Assembly (NCBI GenBank): GCA_965230205.1
Contig: OZ245996.1
Coordinates: 2,575,978 to 2,615,977, forward strand
DNA length: 40,000 bases
Direction: 5' to 3'
Origin: Cellvibrionaceae bacterium
Lineage (GTDB): Bacteria > Pseudomonadota > Gammaproteobacteria > Pseudomonadales > Cellvibrionaceae
Below the pieces are notes generated by a model that searched no databases, had not been told where the DNA came from, and saw only the letters and a program-made list of their open reading frames with translations. Every line of letters begins with the position of its first letter. Position 1 is the stretch's first letter. The translations under genes and the position numbers were made by a program. This document shows positions 9,460-18,593 of the stretch, one piece after another.

Positions 9460-9720
9460 GGGCTTATAGGTGCCCTCTATTTCAGTTTGTTGAATAAAGG
9501 GATAATCGGGAAGTATGGTGACCTGTTAACCTTAGACTTTATGTCAAAGCAAGTAGGATCAACAAGTAATTCCATCGCTGCCCCCGCATCGGTATTAAAG
9601 AGTAGTTTGTGTTAACCACTGGAACAGCGTCTATGATTAGTGTTCTGGGAAGGTACAATCGTGGGAAGGTTTAATCGAAGGTAACTTGCCTCCCTCTTTT
9701 AGCCCGAAGACCGGCCTATA
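9460..9720 (+). ncRNA. Cobalamin (AdoCbl) riboswitch 1
   Basis: The conserved blocks appear in order: GGTGCC (9469), AAAGGGATAATCGGGAAG..GGTGA, GCTGCCCCCGCATCGGTA, AACCACTGG, TGGGAAGG, and a B12-box-like AGCCCGAAGACCGGCC (9701-9716). It lies upstream of the cob operon. Confidence 0.8.
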
Positions 9721-9762
9721 TACTCTAAAAACATTTGTACGGTGGGTGCAGAGAGGAATCAC

Positions 9763-9943
9763 ATGACATCAGATGTAGAATCTAAGCAGGTATAAACTAA
9801 GCTATTACTTATCTGTTTTAGTCCAAAAACGTGGAGTATTAGCATTTGGGCTTATCAACATTTTTGTAGTTGGCTTTTTACTTGTTGAAGCTGTTCACTA
9901 CAGCCATGATAAGCGTCATTCACTGTCTTTTCCTTACCGCTAG
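9763..9943 (+). pseudogene. cbtB: cbtB-like small cobalt-transporter subunit, interrupted by a frameshift (or needing recoding)
   Basis: RBS GAGAGGA, then ATG at 9763, gives MTSDVESKQV and a stop at 9793-9795. The +1 frame is open from 9779 to 9943 without any ATG/GTG/TTG. It encodes ...KRGVLAFGLINIFVVGFLLVEAVHYSHDKRHSLSFPYR: one TM helix plus an H..HD.RH...FP tail like CbtB as I recall it. The joined product would be about 60 aa. Confidence 0.4.
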
Positions 9944-10059
9944 CATTGTTGCCAGTGTTTTTAGTAACCTAGTATTTTAGTTGACGCATAGAGTCATTGT
10001 TGCCTGGGGGCTTAGTCGCTGGGTATTGATAGACCTCGCTTTTAATTCTGGTTCTGATC

Positions 10060-11880
10060 ATGCTGTTATTTAAATTTCCGTTTACTGCAATTGCTGGGCA
10101 ATCAAGCTGTAAGTTGGCCTTGATATTGGCTGCAATTAACCCTTTGATTGGTGGCGTTCTGGTTAGCGGACCACGGGGCTCTGCTAAGTCGACCTTGGCT
10201 CGGGGCTTAGCGGAAGTGATTCCTGGCAGCACTAATGATGAACAACCCTCATTCATTACTTTACCCTTAGGTGCTACCGAAGAAATGTTGGTAGGTACTT
10301 TGAATTTACAACAAGTCTTAGATGAGCAGAAAGTAGTATTTCAGGAAGGGATATTGGCTAAGGCCAATGGTGGTGTGCTTTATGTTGATGAAGTAAATTT
10401 ATTGCCCGATAACCTGGTTGATTTGCTGCTTGATGTTGCTGCTAGTGGAACAAATATCATAGAGCGTGATGGCATTAGCCATAGTCACCGCACCCAGTTT
10501 TTATTGATGGGGACGATGAATCCTGACGAGGGAGAATTGCGCCCCCAGCTACATGATCGATTTGGACTTTCTGTAGCGTTGGATAATCGCTATACAGTGC
10601 AAGAGCGTATGGAGATTGTCCGCCTGCGAGAGGCATATGATGTGGACCCTGAAGGGTTTGCAAATCGTTATCAAGATCAACAGAGAGAACTGAGCACTGC
10701 AATTGCTCAGGCTAGAGAAATACTAGGAGCTATTGAGTGCAGTGATGACTTACGACTGTTGATTGCAGAACGTTGCCAAGAAGCCAATGTCGATGGTTTG
10801 AGGGCAGATATTGTATGGTATCGAGCAGCCGTTGCGCATGCAGCATGGAGAATTTGCCAAAATAATGATGAGAAAGGTGCTGAGAAAAGTATTGATAGAC
10901 GTATTGAGAGATGTACTAAAAAAGTCACTAAGGGCGATATTTTAGCCGTTGAAGAGTTGGTATTACATCATCGCCGACAAATGCCGTCACAAACTCCTCC
11001 TAATCAACCACCTCCTCAAGGGCCTTCAAAGCCAAAACAACCGCCGTTTTCGCGTCCCCCCGAGAGACCCATGCAGCAAACTTCCAACACATCGACAGAT
11101 GCTCAGAGTCAGGGTGCCCAAAACGAGATAGAAGGTGACTGGGGAAGTATGGAGCCACAGCAACAAGTAACTGCGTCAATAAAGGCTTACTTACCTTTGT
11201 CGGTGGTGACTCGTAATGCCAACAACCACTATAGTAAAAAGCCTTTATCTTTCTGTCAGTCTCCACCATCAACAAAAGCATCTGCGATCAGCGCTAGAGG
11301 GAAGCTTGGCGCTAGTGGGCGAGGTGTCGATTGGTTTGCTAGTTTTGTCTCTAATATAGGGCAGTGGCCCTTAAAACAATTACGCTATCGTAAACGAAAA
11401 ATAGGACAGCCGGTACTGCATTTAATATTACTCGACACATCGGCATCGACATTACAACAACAGTTATTTGCTAATTCGAAAGCGGCAATCTTATCCATTG
11501 CTAAACAAGCCTATTTAAAACGAGAGCAATTAACTGTCTTAGGCTTTGGTAATCAGCAGGTGAAAACATTGTTACCACAACAAAAAGCACCTAAAGCCTT
11601 ACGCACTTGGATGGATTCAGTGGCAGCTGCGGGAGGCACCCCTTTCCGCGAGGTGCTCGAACAAGCGTTACGATTTCAACAGCAACAATTTCGAAAAAAT
11701 CCCACTATAGACATTCGTACTTATCTCATTACAGATGGTAGAACCACGCAATCATTTAACGATATGCATTTGCTGGGCGATGTGATGGTGATTGATACTG
11801 AGCAGTCAACAATAAAGCGCGGTAAGAGTAAAGAAATTGCGCAAGTTTTAGGTGCGGATTATTTTCCACTACCCGTATAG
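10060..11880 (+). CDS. chlID: Chelatase ATPase/VWA fusion protein (ChlI/BchI-like AAA+ N-domain, Pro-rich linker, BchD-like VWA C-domain); presumed CobN partner
   Basis: FPFTAIAGQ..KLAL, Walker A GPRGSAKST, Walker B LYVDEVNLL, linker PSQTPPNQPPPQGPSKPKQPPFSRPPERP, and VWA MIDAS motif LLDTSAS. Confidence 0.8.
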   Translation: MLLFKFPFTAIAGQSSCKLALILAAINPLIGGVLVSGPRGSAKSTLARGLAEVIPGSTNDEQPSFITLPLGATEEMLVGTLNLQQVLDEQKVVFQEGILAKANGGVLYVDEVNLLPDNLVDLLLDVAASGTNIIERDGISHSHRTQFLLMGTMNPDEGELRPQLHDRFGLSVALDNRYTVQERMEIVRLREAYDVDPEGFANRYQDQQRELSTAIAQAREILGAIECSDDLRLLIAERCQEANVDGLRADIVWYRAAVAHAAWRICQNNDEKGAEKSIDRRIERCTKKVTKGDILAVEELVLHHRRQMPSQTPPNQPPPQGPSKPKQPPFSRPPERPMQQTSNTSTDAQSQGAQNEIEGDWGSMEPQQQVTASIKAYLPLSVVTRNANNHYSKKPLSFCQSPPSTKASAISARGKLGASGRGVDWFASFVSNIGQWPLKQLRYRKRKIGQPVLHLILLDTSASTLQQQLFANSKAAILSIAKQAYLKREQLTVLGFGNQQVKTLLPQQKAPKALRTWMDSVAAAGGTPFREVLEQALRFQQQQFRKNPTIDIRTYLITDGRTTQSFNDMHLLGDVMVIDTEQSTIKRGKSKEIAQVLGADYFPLPV

Positions 11881-11885
11881 AGTTT

Positions 11886-12482
11886 ATGAATATGACTGAT
11901 AATCACAAAACACGTATGGCAGCGAAAAAAGCAGTAATGGATAAAAAAATTGCTGCTGCTAATGAAGAGCGTGGTGTCTTAATTTTACTGAAAGGTAATG
12001 GTAAGGGAAAAAGTAGTTCAGCTTTCGGTACTATGGCACGTTCTATTGGCCATGGGAAAAAGTGTGCGGTCATTCAGTTTATTAAGGGCCGCAATGAAAC
12101 CGGCGAGTATAAATTTTTTAAGGACCATCCCATGGTCGACTGGTATGTAATGGGGCATGGTTTTACTTGGGAAACACAAGATAAATCACAAGACATTGCT
12201 GCTGCTCAAAAAGCTTGGGCGTTGGCTGAAGAACTATTACAAAACGATGCTTATGACATGATTGTTTTTGATGAAATGAGTTATATGTTTAAGTATCAAT
12301 ATCTTGAAGTAGAGCCAGTTGTGCGTGCTTTACAGGTTCGCCCTAAAGATCAAAATGTCATCATCACAGGCCGCACAATGGCTTTACCACTGCAGGATAT
12401 TGCGGATACGATTTCTGTTGTGCAGGATGAACGTCATGCATTCCGTTTGGGTGTAAAAGCTCAAAAAGGCATTGAGTTTTAA
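11886..12482 (+). CDS. cobO: Cob(I)yrinic acid a,c-diamide adenosyltransferase (CobO/BtuR)
   Basis: 198 aa with GNGKGKSSSAFG, a P-loop-like motif, and DEMSYM. It sits in cob operon context. Confidence 0.9.
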   Translation: MNMTDNHKTRMAAKKAVMDKKIAAANEERGVLILLKGNGKGKSSSAFGTMARSIGHGKKCAVIQFIKGRNETGEYKFFKDHPMVDWYVMGHGFTWETQDKSQDIAAAQKAWALAEELLQNDAYDMIVFDEMSYMFKYQYLEVEPVVRALQVRPKDQNVIITGRTMALPLQDIADTISVVQDERHAFRLGVKAQKGIEF

Positions 12483-12508
12483 GCTGCGTATCCTATCGAG
12501 AATTAATC

Positions 12509-13918
12509 ATGTTAAATGAAGAGAAAAAAGCAGTTAAAAGCGTAACATGCCCAGCATTGTTTTTATCTGCGCCGGCTTCAGGCCAGGGTAAAACAACCAT
12601 TACGGCAGCGTTAGCCAGGTTGTTAACACGTCAAGGTAAGGTAGTCCGCATTTTTAAAACTGGCCCGGACTATTTAGATCCACAAATATTGGCGCAAGCC
12701 TCTCAACAAGATGTTATTCCTTTGGATATGTGGATGGCGGGCGAAACCTGGTGTCAGGAACAGTTATATATAGCCGCTCAAACAGCCGATTTAATACTTA
12801 TCGAAGGCGCGATGGGCCTGTTTGATGGCGAGCCTTCCAGTGCAGATCTTGCTGCTCGTTTTTCTATTCCTGTTGCGATTGTCATGGATGTAAAAGGAAT
12901 GGCGCAGACAGTAGCTGCCATTGCTAGTGGTTTGGCAAGTTTTCGTGACGATATTGACGTTGCGGGATTAATTGCGAATAACTGTGGCTCAAACAGGCAC
13001 CGTGAACTGATTGAAAATGCGCTGCCTGAAAATTTACCATTACTCACATGTGTTGCACGCTCGGAAGAAATTGCTTTGCCAGAGCGACACTTGGGCTTAG
13101 TGCAAGCTGATGAAGTAAAAGAAGAACTCGAGCAACGGTTTAATGCAGGAGCTGATTGTTTAGAAGAAGCGGGAGCAAATGCTCTATTGGAAAAAATTAA
13201 CCATGTGACGTTTTATGCATCTGATGTTGACGATAGGCTGCCGTTAAATACGACAGTACAAAATAAGCAACTTGAAGGAATGACAATCGCGGTTGCTAGA
13301 GATAAAGCGTTCACATTTATTTATGATGCGAATATTCGCTTGCTTGAAGAATTGGGTGCAAAAGTGGTTTTCTTTTCTCCGGTTAATGATGCCGTTTTAC
13401 CTGCTGCGGATGCACTTTGGTTGCCCGGTGGCTATCCAGAGTTGCATGCAAAATCCTTATCCTGTAATTCAGCAATGCTAGCTTCAATCAATGCTTTCTT
13501 TGAAAACAATAAGCCAATACTCGCTGAGTGTGGTGGTTTTCTTTACACGCTGGATACGCTTACCGACTTAACGGAAACGACCTATCCAATGGTGGGTTTA
13601 TTGAAAGGCGATGGTGCTATGCGAGGTAAGCGTGGTTGTCAGGGTATGCAAACAGCGCCTTTGCCAGAAGGTGATGTACGGGCTCATGCACATCATCGTT
13701 CCCGTAGTACATTATTACAAGAGCCTATTGCTCATGGGCGACGTCAGCGCCACTCTGCACCGGGTGAAGCAATCTATCGAGAGAAAAACCTAACGGCAAC
13801 TTATTTGCATTTGTTTTTTCCATCGAATCCCCAGGCTATTGCCCAATTATTCCAACCCCATCAAACTGTTAATGTTGTCGATAGCTCACTAAAAAGAGGG
13901 AATCAATATGTTAATTGA
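12509..13918 (+). CDS. cobB: Cobyrinate / hydrogenobyrinate a,c-diamide synthase (CobB/CbiA)
   Basis: N-terminal ATPase motif SAPASGQGKTTITAAL and a C-terminal glutamine amidotransferase with AECGGFLY. Confidence 0.9.
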   Translation: MLNEEKKAVKSVTCPALFLSAPASGQGKTTITAALARLLTRQGKVVRIFKTGPDYLDPQILAQASQQDVIPLDMWMAGETWCQEQLYIAAQTADLILIEGAMGLFDGEPSSADLAARFSIPVAIVMDVKGMAQTVAAIASGLASFRDDIDVAGLIANNCGSNRHRELIENALPENLPLLTCVARSEEIALPERHLGLVQADEVKEELEQRFNAGADCLEEAGANALLEKINHVTFYASDVDDRLPLNTTVQNKQLEGMTIAVARDKAFTFIYDANIRLLEELGAKVVFFSPVNDAVLPAADALWLPGGYPELHAKSLSCNSAMLASINAFFENNKPILAECGGFLYTLDTLTDLTETTYPMVGLLKGDGAMRGKRGCQGMQTAPLPEGDVRAHAHHRSRSTLLQEPIAHGRRQRHSAPGEAIYREKNLTATYLHLFFPSNPQAIAQLFQPHQTVNVVDSSLKRGNQYVN

Positions 13919-14624
13919 TTGGCTACCTCTTCTTTTATTGGGTTTTAGTTTGGGCTTTATGCATGCATTAGATGCTGATCATGTGATGGCAGTTTCTGCA
14001 TTAGCCAATCAAAAACCGAGCATTAAGCGCACACTGCTGTTTAGTTTGCAGTGGGCCTTAGGTCATGGAGGTGTTTTAGTCGCCTGTGGTGTCATTTTAT
14101 TTGGCATAGGTGTCAGTATTCCAAGTCATTTACAGCATTGGGCTGAAATGTCGGTAGGTGTTTTATTAATTTTTTTAGGGCTTAGTTTTTTTTGGACGTT
14201 CAGACAACAAAAAATCCGCTTAGTACAACACCGTCATGATGATATTGTGCATACGCACTGGAGTGCGGATGATCATGAAAGTAATAACCACCTTCATTCT
14301 CACAAAAGTAACCGGTCTGTGAAAGAAGCCATTATTAAAAACCATCAACCAGTTATGATTGGTATGCTGCATGGTATGGCGGGCAGTGCACCTGCATTGG
14401 CCTTAATTCCGGCCGTTACGTCAGGGCAGCTAACCTTGGCGATGACTTACTTAGTGATTTTTTCTCTAGGAGTTATTTTATCGATGGTAGCTTTTGGTTT
14501 GGGTTTTTCATGGATACAACAATATCTGTACAAAAATTACCAAAGTGTGTTTGCCGGGTGTCGTTGTGCTATTGCTCTGGCCGCTATTGCCTTCGGTAGT
14601 TTCTGGCTAATGAAAACAATATAG
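13908..14624 (+). CDS. Putative cobalt/nickel permease, NicO/NiCoT-superfamily short form with a His-rich loop
   Basis: 238 aa with about 6 TM helices. HALDADH in TM1 matches the NiCoT HAxDADH signature. The central loop is HRHDDIVHTHWSADDHESNNHLHSH. An 11-nt overlap with cobB suggests translational coupling. Confidence 0.6.
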   Translation: MLIDWLPLLLLGFSLGFMHALDADHVMAVSALANQKPSIKRTLLFSLQWALGHGGVLVACGVILFGIGVSIPSHLQHWAEMSVGVLLIFLGLSFFWTFRQQKIRLVQHRHDDIVHTHWSADDHESNNHLHSHKSNRSVKEAIIKNHQPVMIGMLHGMAGSAPALALIPAVTSGQLTLAMTYLVIFSLGVILSMVAFGLGFSWIQQYLYKNYQSVFAGCRCAIALAAIAFGSFWLMKTI

Positions 14625-14635
14625 CGCAATGTACC

Positions 14636-15829
14636 ATGTGGAATGAAAGTGGCGAGGCAAATAAAGGTGAGAGCCCACCCGCGCTACGCACAGGTTTAAC
14701 AACTGGATCCTGTGCTACCGCTTGTTGTGTTGCCGCAGCCATGAACTTATTAGCAGAACAGTCTCCTGATATTGTTAGCATTACCTTACCTTCTCGCAAA
14801 GATATTCGCCATGAAAACCTTGTTGAGGGTAAGACCGTTGAATTGTCGATAGAACAATATGATGTTACCGATACAGGTGTGCGTGTTAGTACGATAAAAG
14901 ATGCCGGCGATGACCCTGATGTGACTCATGGTGCAACAGTATTTGTTGAGTTATCTTTGAAAAATGAAGACAAAGATAAAGGTAATGATGTTGAGTTTGT
15001 TGCAGCGCAGGGAGTAGGTACTGTTACAAGAGATGGCTTGTTATTGCCTGTGGGTGAACCTGCAATCAATCCTGTTCCTCGGCAGATGATGATCGAACAT
15101 CTCAAGAAAATTTCTCAGCAGTATCAATATTCAGGTGGCTTTATTGTTGCGGTTGGTATTGAAAATGGTGAAGTTATTGCCGAAAAAACCATGAACCCGC
15201 GTTTAGGTATCGTGGGAGGGCTTTCTATTCTGGGGATAACGGGTATTGTTAGGCCTTTTTCCTGTGCAGCATGGATTGCTTCTATCTATCAGGGTATTGA
15301 TGTTGCCGAAGCTAATGGGCTAACGCATATTGCCGCATCGACTGGAAATCGTAGTGAAGAAACGATCAAACATTTGTATCAAATGGATGATATGGCATTG
15401 ATTGAAATGGGCGACTTTGCCGGTGCAGTATTAAAGCATTTAAAGAAAATGTCTGCCAAAAATCCAACTTTAACGATTAAAAAATTATCGATTTGTGGTG
15501 GTTTTGGAAAAGTCAGCAAATTAGCACAGGGCCATATGGACCTAAATAGCCGGGCATCGGCCATAGATTTTGATTTTCTGGTTGCAATGGCAAAAACCTG
15601 TGGTGCTGATGAGCAATTATGCCAAAAAGTCTATGCATCGAATACAAGCATAGAAGCGTTAAAGCATTGTCAGAAAAGTAATATTGATTTGGCATTAGCG
15701 TTGTGTCGACAAGCGTTAACCGTTGCTGAAAAAATTGTCCCTAAATCGATAGAGGTTGAAGTAATGGCAATTGATCGACATGGAAAAATTGTAGGCAGTG
15801 CTCAAACGACTGTTATGCGGCAGCAATAA
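14636..15829 (+). CDS. cbiD: Cobalt-precorrin-5B (C1)-methyltransferase CbiD
   Basis: 397 aa with LRTGLTTGSCATA and GITGIVRPFS, both CbiD hallmarks. Confidence 0.9.
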   Translation: MWNESGEANKGESPPALRTGLTTGSCATACCVAAAMNLLAEQSPDIVSITLPSRKDIRHENLVEGKTVELSIEQYDVTDTGVRVSTIKDAGDDPDVTHGATVFVELSLKNEDKDKGNDVEFVAAQGVGTVTRDGLLLPVGEPAINPVPRQMMIEHLKKISQQYQYSGGFIVAVGIENGEVIAEKTMNPRLGIVGGLSILGITGIVRPFSCAAWIASIYQGIDVAEANGLTHIAASTGNRSEETIKHLYQMDDMALIEMGDFAGAVLKHLKKMSAKNPTLTIKKLSICGGFGKVSKLAQGHMDLNSRASAIDFDFLVAMAKTCGADEQLCQKVYASNTSIEALKHCQKSNIDLALALCRQALTVAEKIVPKSIEVEVMAIDRHGKIVGSAQTTVMRQQ

Positions 15830-15860
15830 CGATTATGGTTGAAAGTACTAAAAAAAGCGC

Positions 15861-16676
15861 ATGAAAATACTATTGTTAGGTGGTACGGCAGATGGCCGAG
15901 TATTAGCAGAGCGATTACATAAAAAAAATGTTTCGGTCATTTATAGTGTTGCAGGCCTCGTTAGAGTGCCTACTGTGGAGTGCGAAGTTGTCAGCGGTGG
16001 CTTTACTCAATTTGGTGGTTTAGAACATTTTATTAAGCAGAAACATATCGATGCAATTTTAGATGTTACCCACCCTTATGCAGAAATAATGAGTACAAAA
16101 GCAATAAACGCAGCAGCACTGTGTCATATACCTTGTTGGCGATTTCATCGAAGAGAATGGCAGCCACAGGCTGGCGATAATTGGATATTGGTTAACAATT
16201 GGGAAGAGGCGTTACCGTTTTTATCTACTAAGCAATCTATATTGTTAACAGCAGGGCAATTAAATCAAGATTTTATTGATAGCTTATATGACATGTCGGT
16301 GGCTTTTTCTTCCCGACTCTTGCCAGACTCTTCATCAGGCCATTCATCTGATCTTTCGCCTAGGGTTCGGCCACGACAATTATTGAGAACGGCGGTTAAA
16401 CCTAAAGCTACTCTGCCACCTACAATGGAATGGATTAAAGCCATTGGTCCATTTTCTTATGATGATGAACTGGCATTAATGAAACAATATAATGTCGATG
16501 CGTTAATAACTAAAAACAGTGGAGGTGATTCAACCATTGCCAAACTGGCTGCGGCAAGAGATCTTGGCGTTTCGGTACTTATGCTAAAACGACCTAATTT
16601 ACCGGATGCAGCTCAAGTATTTTATAGCAGAGACGAATGTGAACAATTTATCTTAGGGGTATGTGATGCTCTTTAA
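15861..16676 (+). CDS. cobK: Precorrin-6A / cobalt-precorrin-6A reductase (CobK/CbiJ)
   Basis: MKILLLGGTADGR and GPFSYDDELALMKQYNVDALITKNSGG. It sits in cob operon context. Confidence 0.85.
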   Translation: MKILLLGGTADGRVLAERLHKKNVSVIYSVAGLVRVPTVECEVVSGGFTQFGGLEHFIKQKHIDAILDVTHPYAEIMSTKAINAAALCHIPCWRFHRREWQPQAGDNWILVNNWEEALPFLSTKQSILLTAGQLNQDFIDSLYDMSVAFSSRLLPDSSSGHSSDLSPRVRPRQLLRTAVKPKATLPPTMEWIKAIGPFSYDDELALMKQYNVDALITKNSGGDSTIAKLAAARDLGVSVLMLKRPNLPDAAQVFYSRDECEQFILGVCDAL

Positions 16677-17307
16677 TTATGAAACGAATCCACAAGCGAT
16701 AGAAAAAGAAAGTTTTCGTCAAATACGGGCATTAACATCTCTCACGCATTTGAATCGAGAGCAACAGCAAATAGCGATGCGTATTGTGCATAGTTTGGGT
16801 TTGCCACATTTAGTAGAACAAATACGGTTTAGTGAACGAGCTTGTGAAAGGGGTATGCAAGTGTTAGCCAGTGACTGTAATATTTTGTGTGATGTTGAAA
16901 TGGTGAAGCAAGGTATTACTAAACGAATGATTCATAAAGAGCCTTTATGTTTTTTAAATCATTCCGATACGGCAGTGCTAGCAAAACAAGCTCAAGAAAC
17001 CCGTTCAATGGCAGCGGTTGCACAGTGGATACCTCATTTAGCCGACAGTGTGGTCATTATTGGCAATGCACCTACAGCTTTATTTCGTTTGCTGGAAATG
17101 ATTGATGCTGGAGGAGAAAAGCCTGCATTAATAATAGGCATGCCTGTGGGTTTTGTCGGTGCAGCGGAATCGAAACAGGCTCTGTGGGATTTTCATAAAC
17201 GCTTAGATGTGGAATGTATTACTTTATTAGGGCGAGAGGGTGGGAGCGCAGTATCCGCAGCGACCTGTAATGCGTTATTGCGTTGTAATCGTGGTGAGTA
17301 CTACTGA
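16663..17307 (+). CDS. cobH: Precorrin-8X methylmutase (CobH/CbiC)
   Basis: 214 aa with IIGNAPTALFRLLEM and GMPVGFVGAAESK. Confidence 0.9.
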   Translation: MMLFNYETNPQAIEKESFRQIRALTSLTHLNREQQQIAMRIVHSLGLPHLVEQIRFSERACERGMQVLASDCNILCDVEMVKQGITKRMIHKEPLCFLNHSDTAVLAKQAQETRSMAAVAQWIPHLADSVVIIGNAPTALFRLLEMIDAGGEKPALIIGMPVGFVGAAESKQALWDFHKRLDVECITLLGREGGSAVSAATCNALLRCNRGEYY

Positions 17308-18593
17308 TGGCTATGCCTAGTATTCATGTTGTTGGTTTAGGTGTTGCTGAAAAGGCGGTGCTTTCAGATGCTGCACAGCATACGATTCATCATGCGGATG
17401 TGATTATTGGGTCTGAAAGACAGTTAAAAACGATTGATGATATTTTATCCAAAGCTCCTCAAAAAATTCCTACGCAATTGTTCCCTAAATTATCTGAGCT
17501 CTCATTGTTAGTTGAGTCGTATCCTGATCAACTTGTTGTTATTTTGGCATCAGGAGACCCCTTGTACTACGGTATCGGGCGTTGGCTAGTCAAACATTTT
17601 GATCGAGACAGGCTAAAGTTTTATCCTGCTGTTTCCAGTATTCAGGCTGCCTGTCATCAATTAGGTTTAGCGTTACAGGATGTTGATGTATTAAGCTTAC
17701 ATGGGCGGCCATTAGAAAAAATTCGTACACAATTGCATCGCCATAAGCATTTAGTTGTACTCACCGATAAACAAAGTCAGCCCCAAGCGTTAGCCGCAGA
17801 ATGTGTGGCGGCTGGGTTTGAACAATCCACATTAACAGTATGTGAAAAATTGGGTTATCAGCAGCAATATATTCGATCATTTTTGGCTGATGAATTAAGT
17901 AAAAGTAATAGTCTTACTTTCGATCCGCTTCATGTCACCGTTATCAGTGTTAAGGGTGATGGTGGTGTGCTGCCTGAATTTCCAGGCATTCCAGATAAAC
18001 AGTATATAACGGGTTCAGATCCCGGAAAGGGGATGATCAGTAAGCGCGAGGTGCGTTTGGTGATTTTATCCTTAATGCAAGCGAGTAATGAAGAAGTTAT
18101 CTGGGATATTGGTGCGGGTTGTGGGGGTGTTGCAGTTGAGCTCGCTTACTGGAATGAAAAAGTCACTGTGCACGCGGTTGAGTGTCACAAAGAACGTTTG
18201 GAATATTTATATGCTAATCGCCAGTGCTTTGGTGTCAGTCATAATCTACATATTATCCCTGGACGAGCGCCCGAAGTATTAGCTAGCTTGCCATCGCCAA
18301 ATAAAATATTTGTTGGTGGTAGTGATGGGAAATTAGAACCTATATTAGCGGAAGCCTGGCAGCGTTTACCTATTGGAGGTGTATTGATGGCCAGTGCAGT
18401 GATTGAGTCGACTAAAGCGCAGTTAAAAGTATTTTCGGAAACATTATCAATACAGTCTCCCGAAAGCTTAGTTGAAAGTGTTGAGGTTGCGGTTAAGCGA
18501 GGTGCTATAAAAGATAAACACTTAACATACGAGTCAAAATTACCTGTAGAAATTTTTAAATTTACGAAAAGCTCAGCTGGAAATAAACCATGA
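17307..18593 (+). CDS. cobL: Precorrin-6Y C5,15-methyltransferase (decarboxylating), CbiE+CbiT fusion (CobL)
   Basis: N-terminal tetrapyrrole methylase (VVGLGV...ASGDPLYYGIG) and a C-terminal SAM MTase (WDIGAGCGGVAVE). Confidence 0.9.
   Translation: MAMPSIHVVGLGVAEKAVLSDAAQHTIHHADVIIGSERQLKTIDDILSKAPQKIPTQLFPKLSELSLLVESYPDQLVVILASGDPLYYGIGRWLVKHFDRDRLKFYPAVSSIQAACHQLGLALQDVDVLSLHGRPLEKIRTQLHRHKHLVVLTDKQSQPQALAAECVAAGFEQSTLTVCEKLGYQQQYIRSFLADELSKSNSLTFDPLHVTVISVKGDGGVLPEFPGIPDKQYITGSDPGKGMISKREVRLVILSLMQASNEEVIWDIGAGCGGVAVELAYWNEKVTVHAVECHKERLEYLYANRQCFGVSHNLHIIPGRAPEVLASLPSPNKIFVGGSDGKLEPILAEAWQRLPIGGVLMASAVIESTKAQLKVFSETLSIQSPESLVESVEVAVKRGAIKDKHLTYESKLPVEIFKFTKSSAGNKP

Noticed and set aside
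9640-9680. Duplicated GGGAAGG element (TTCTGGGAAGGTACAATCGTGGGAAGGTTTAATCGAAGG) within riboswitch 1; possible tandem or second aptamer.
   Set aside because: Only this short block is duplicated. The other conserved riboswitch blocks occur once. It is most simply a local variable-region repeat within a single aptamer.
9969-10256. 95-aa minus-strand ORF overlapping the chlID start.
   Set aside because: It is antisense to the conserved AAA+ N-terminus of chlID, has no RBS and no recognisable motif.
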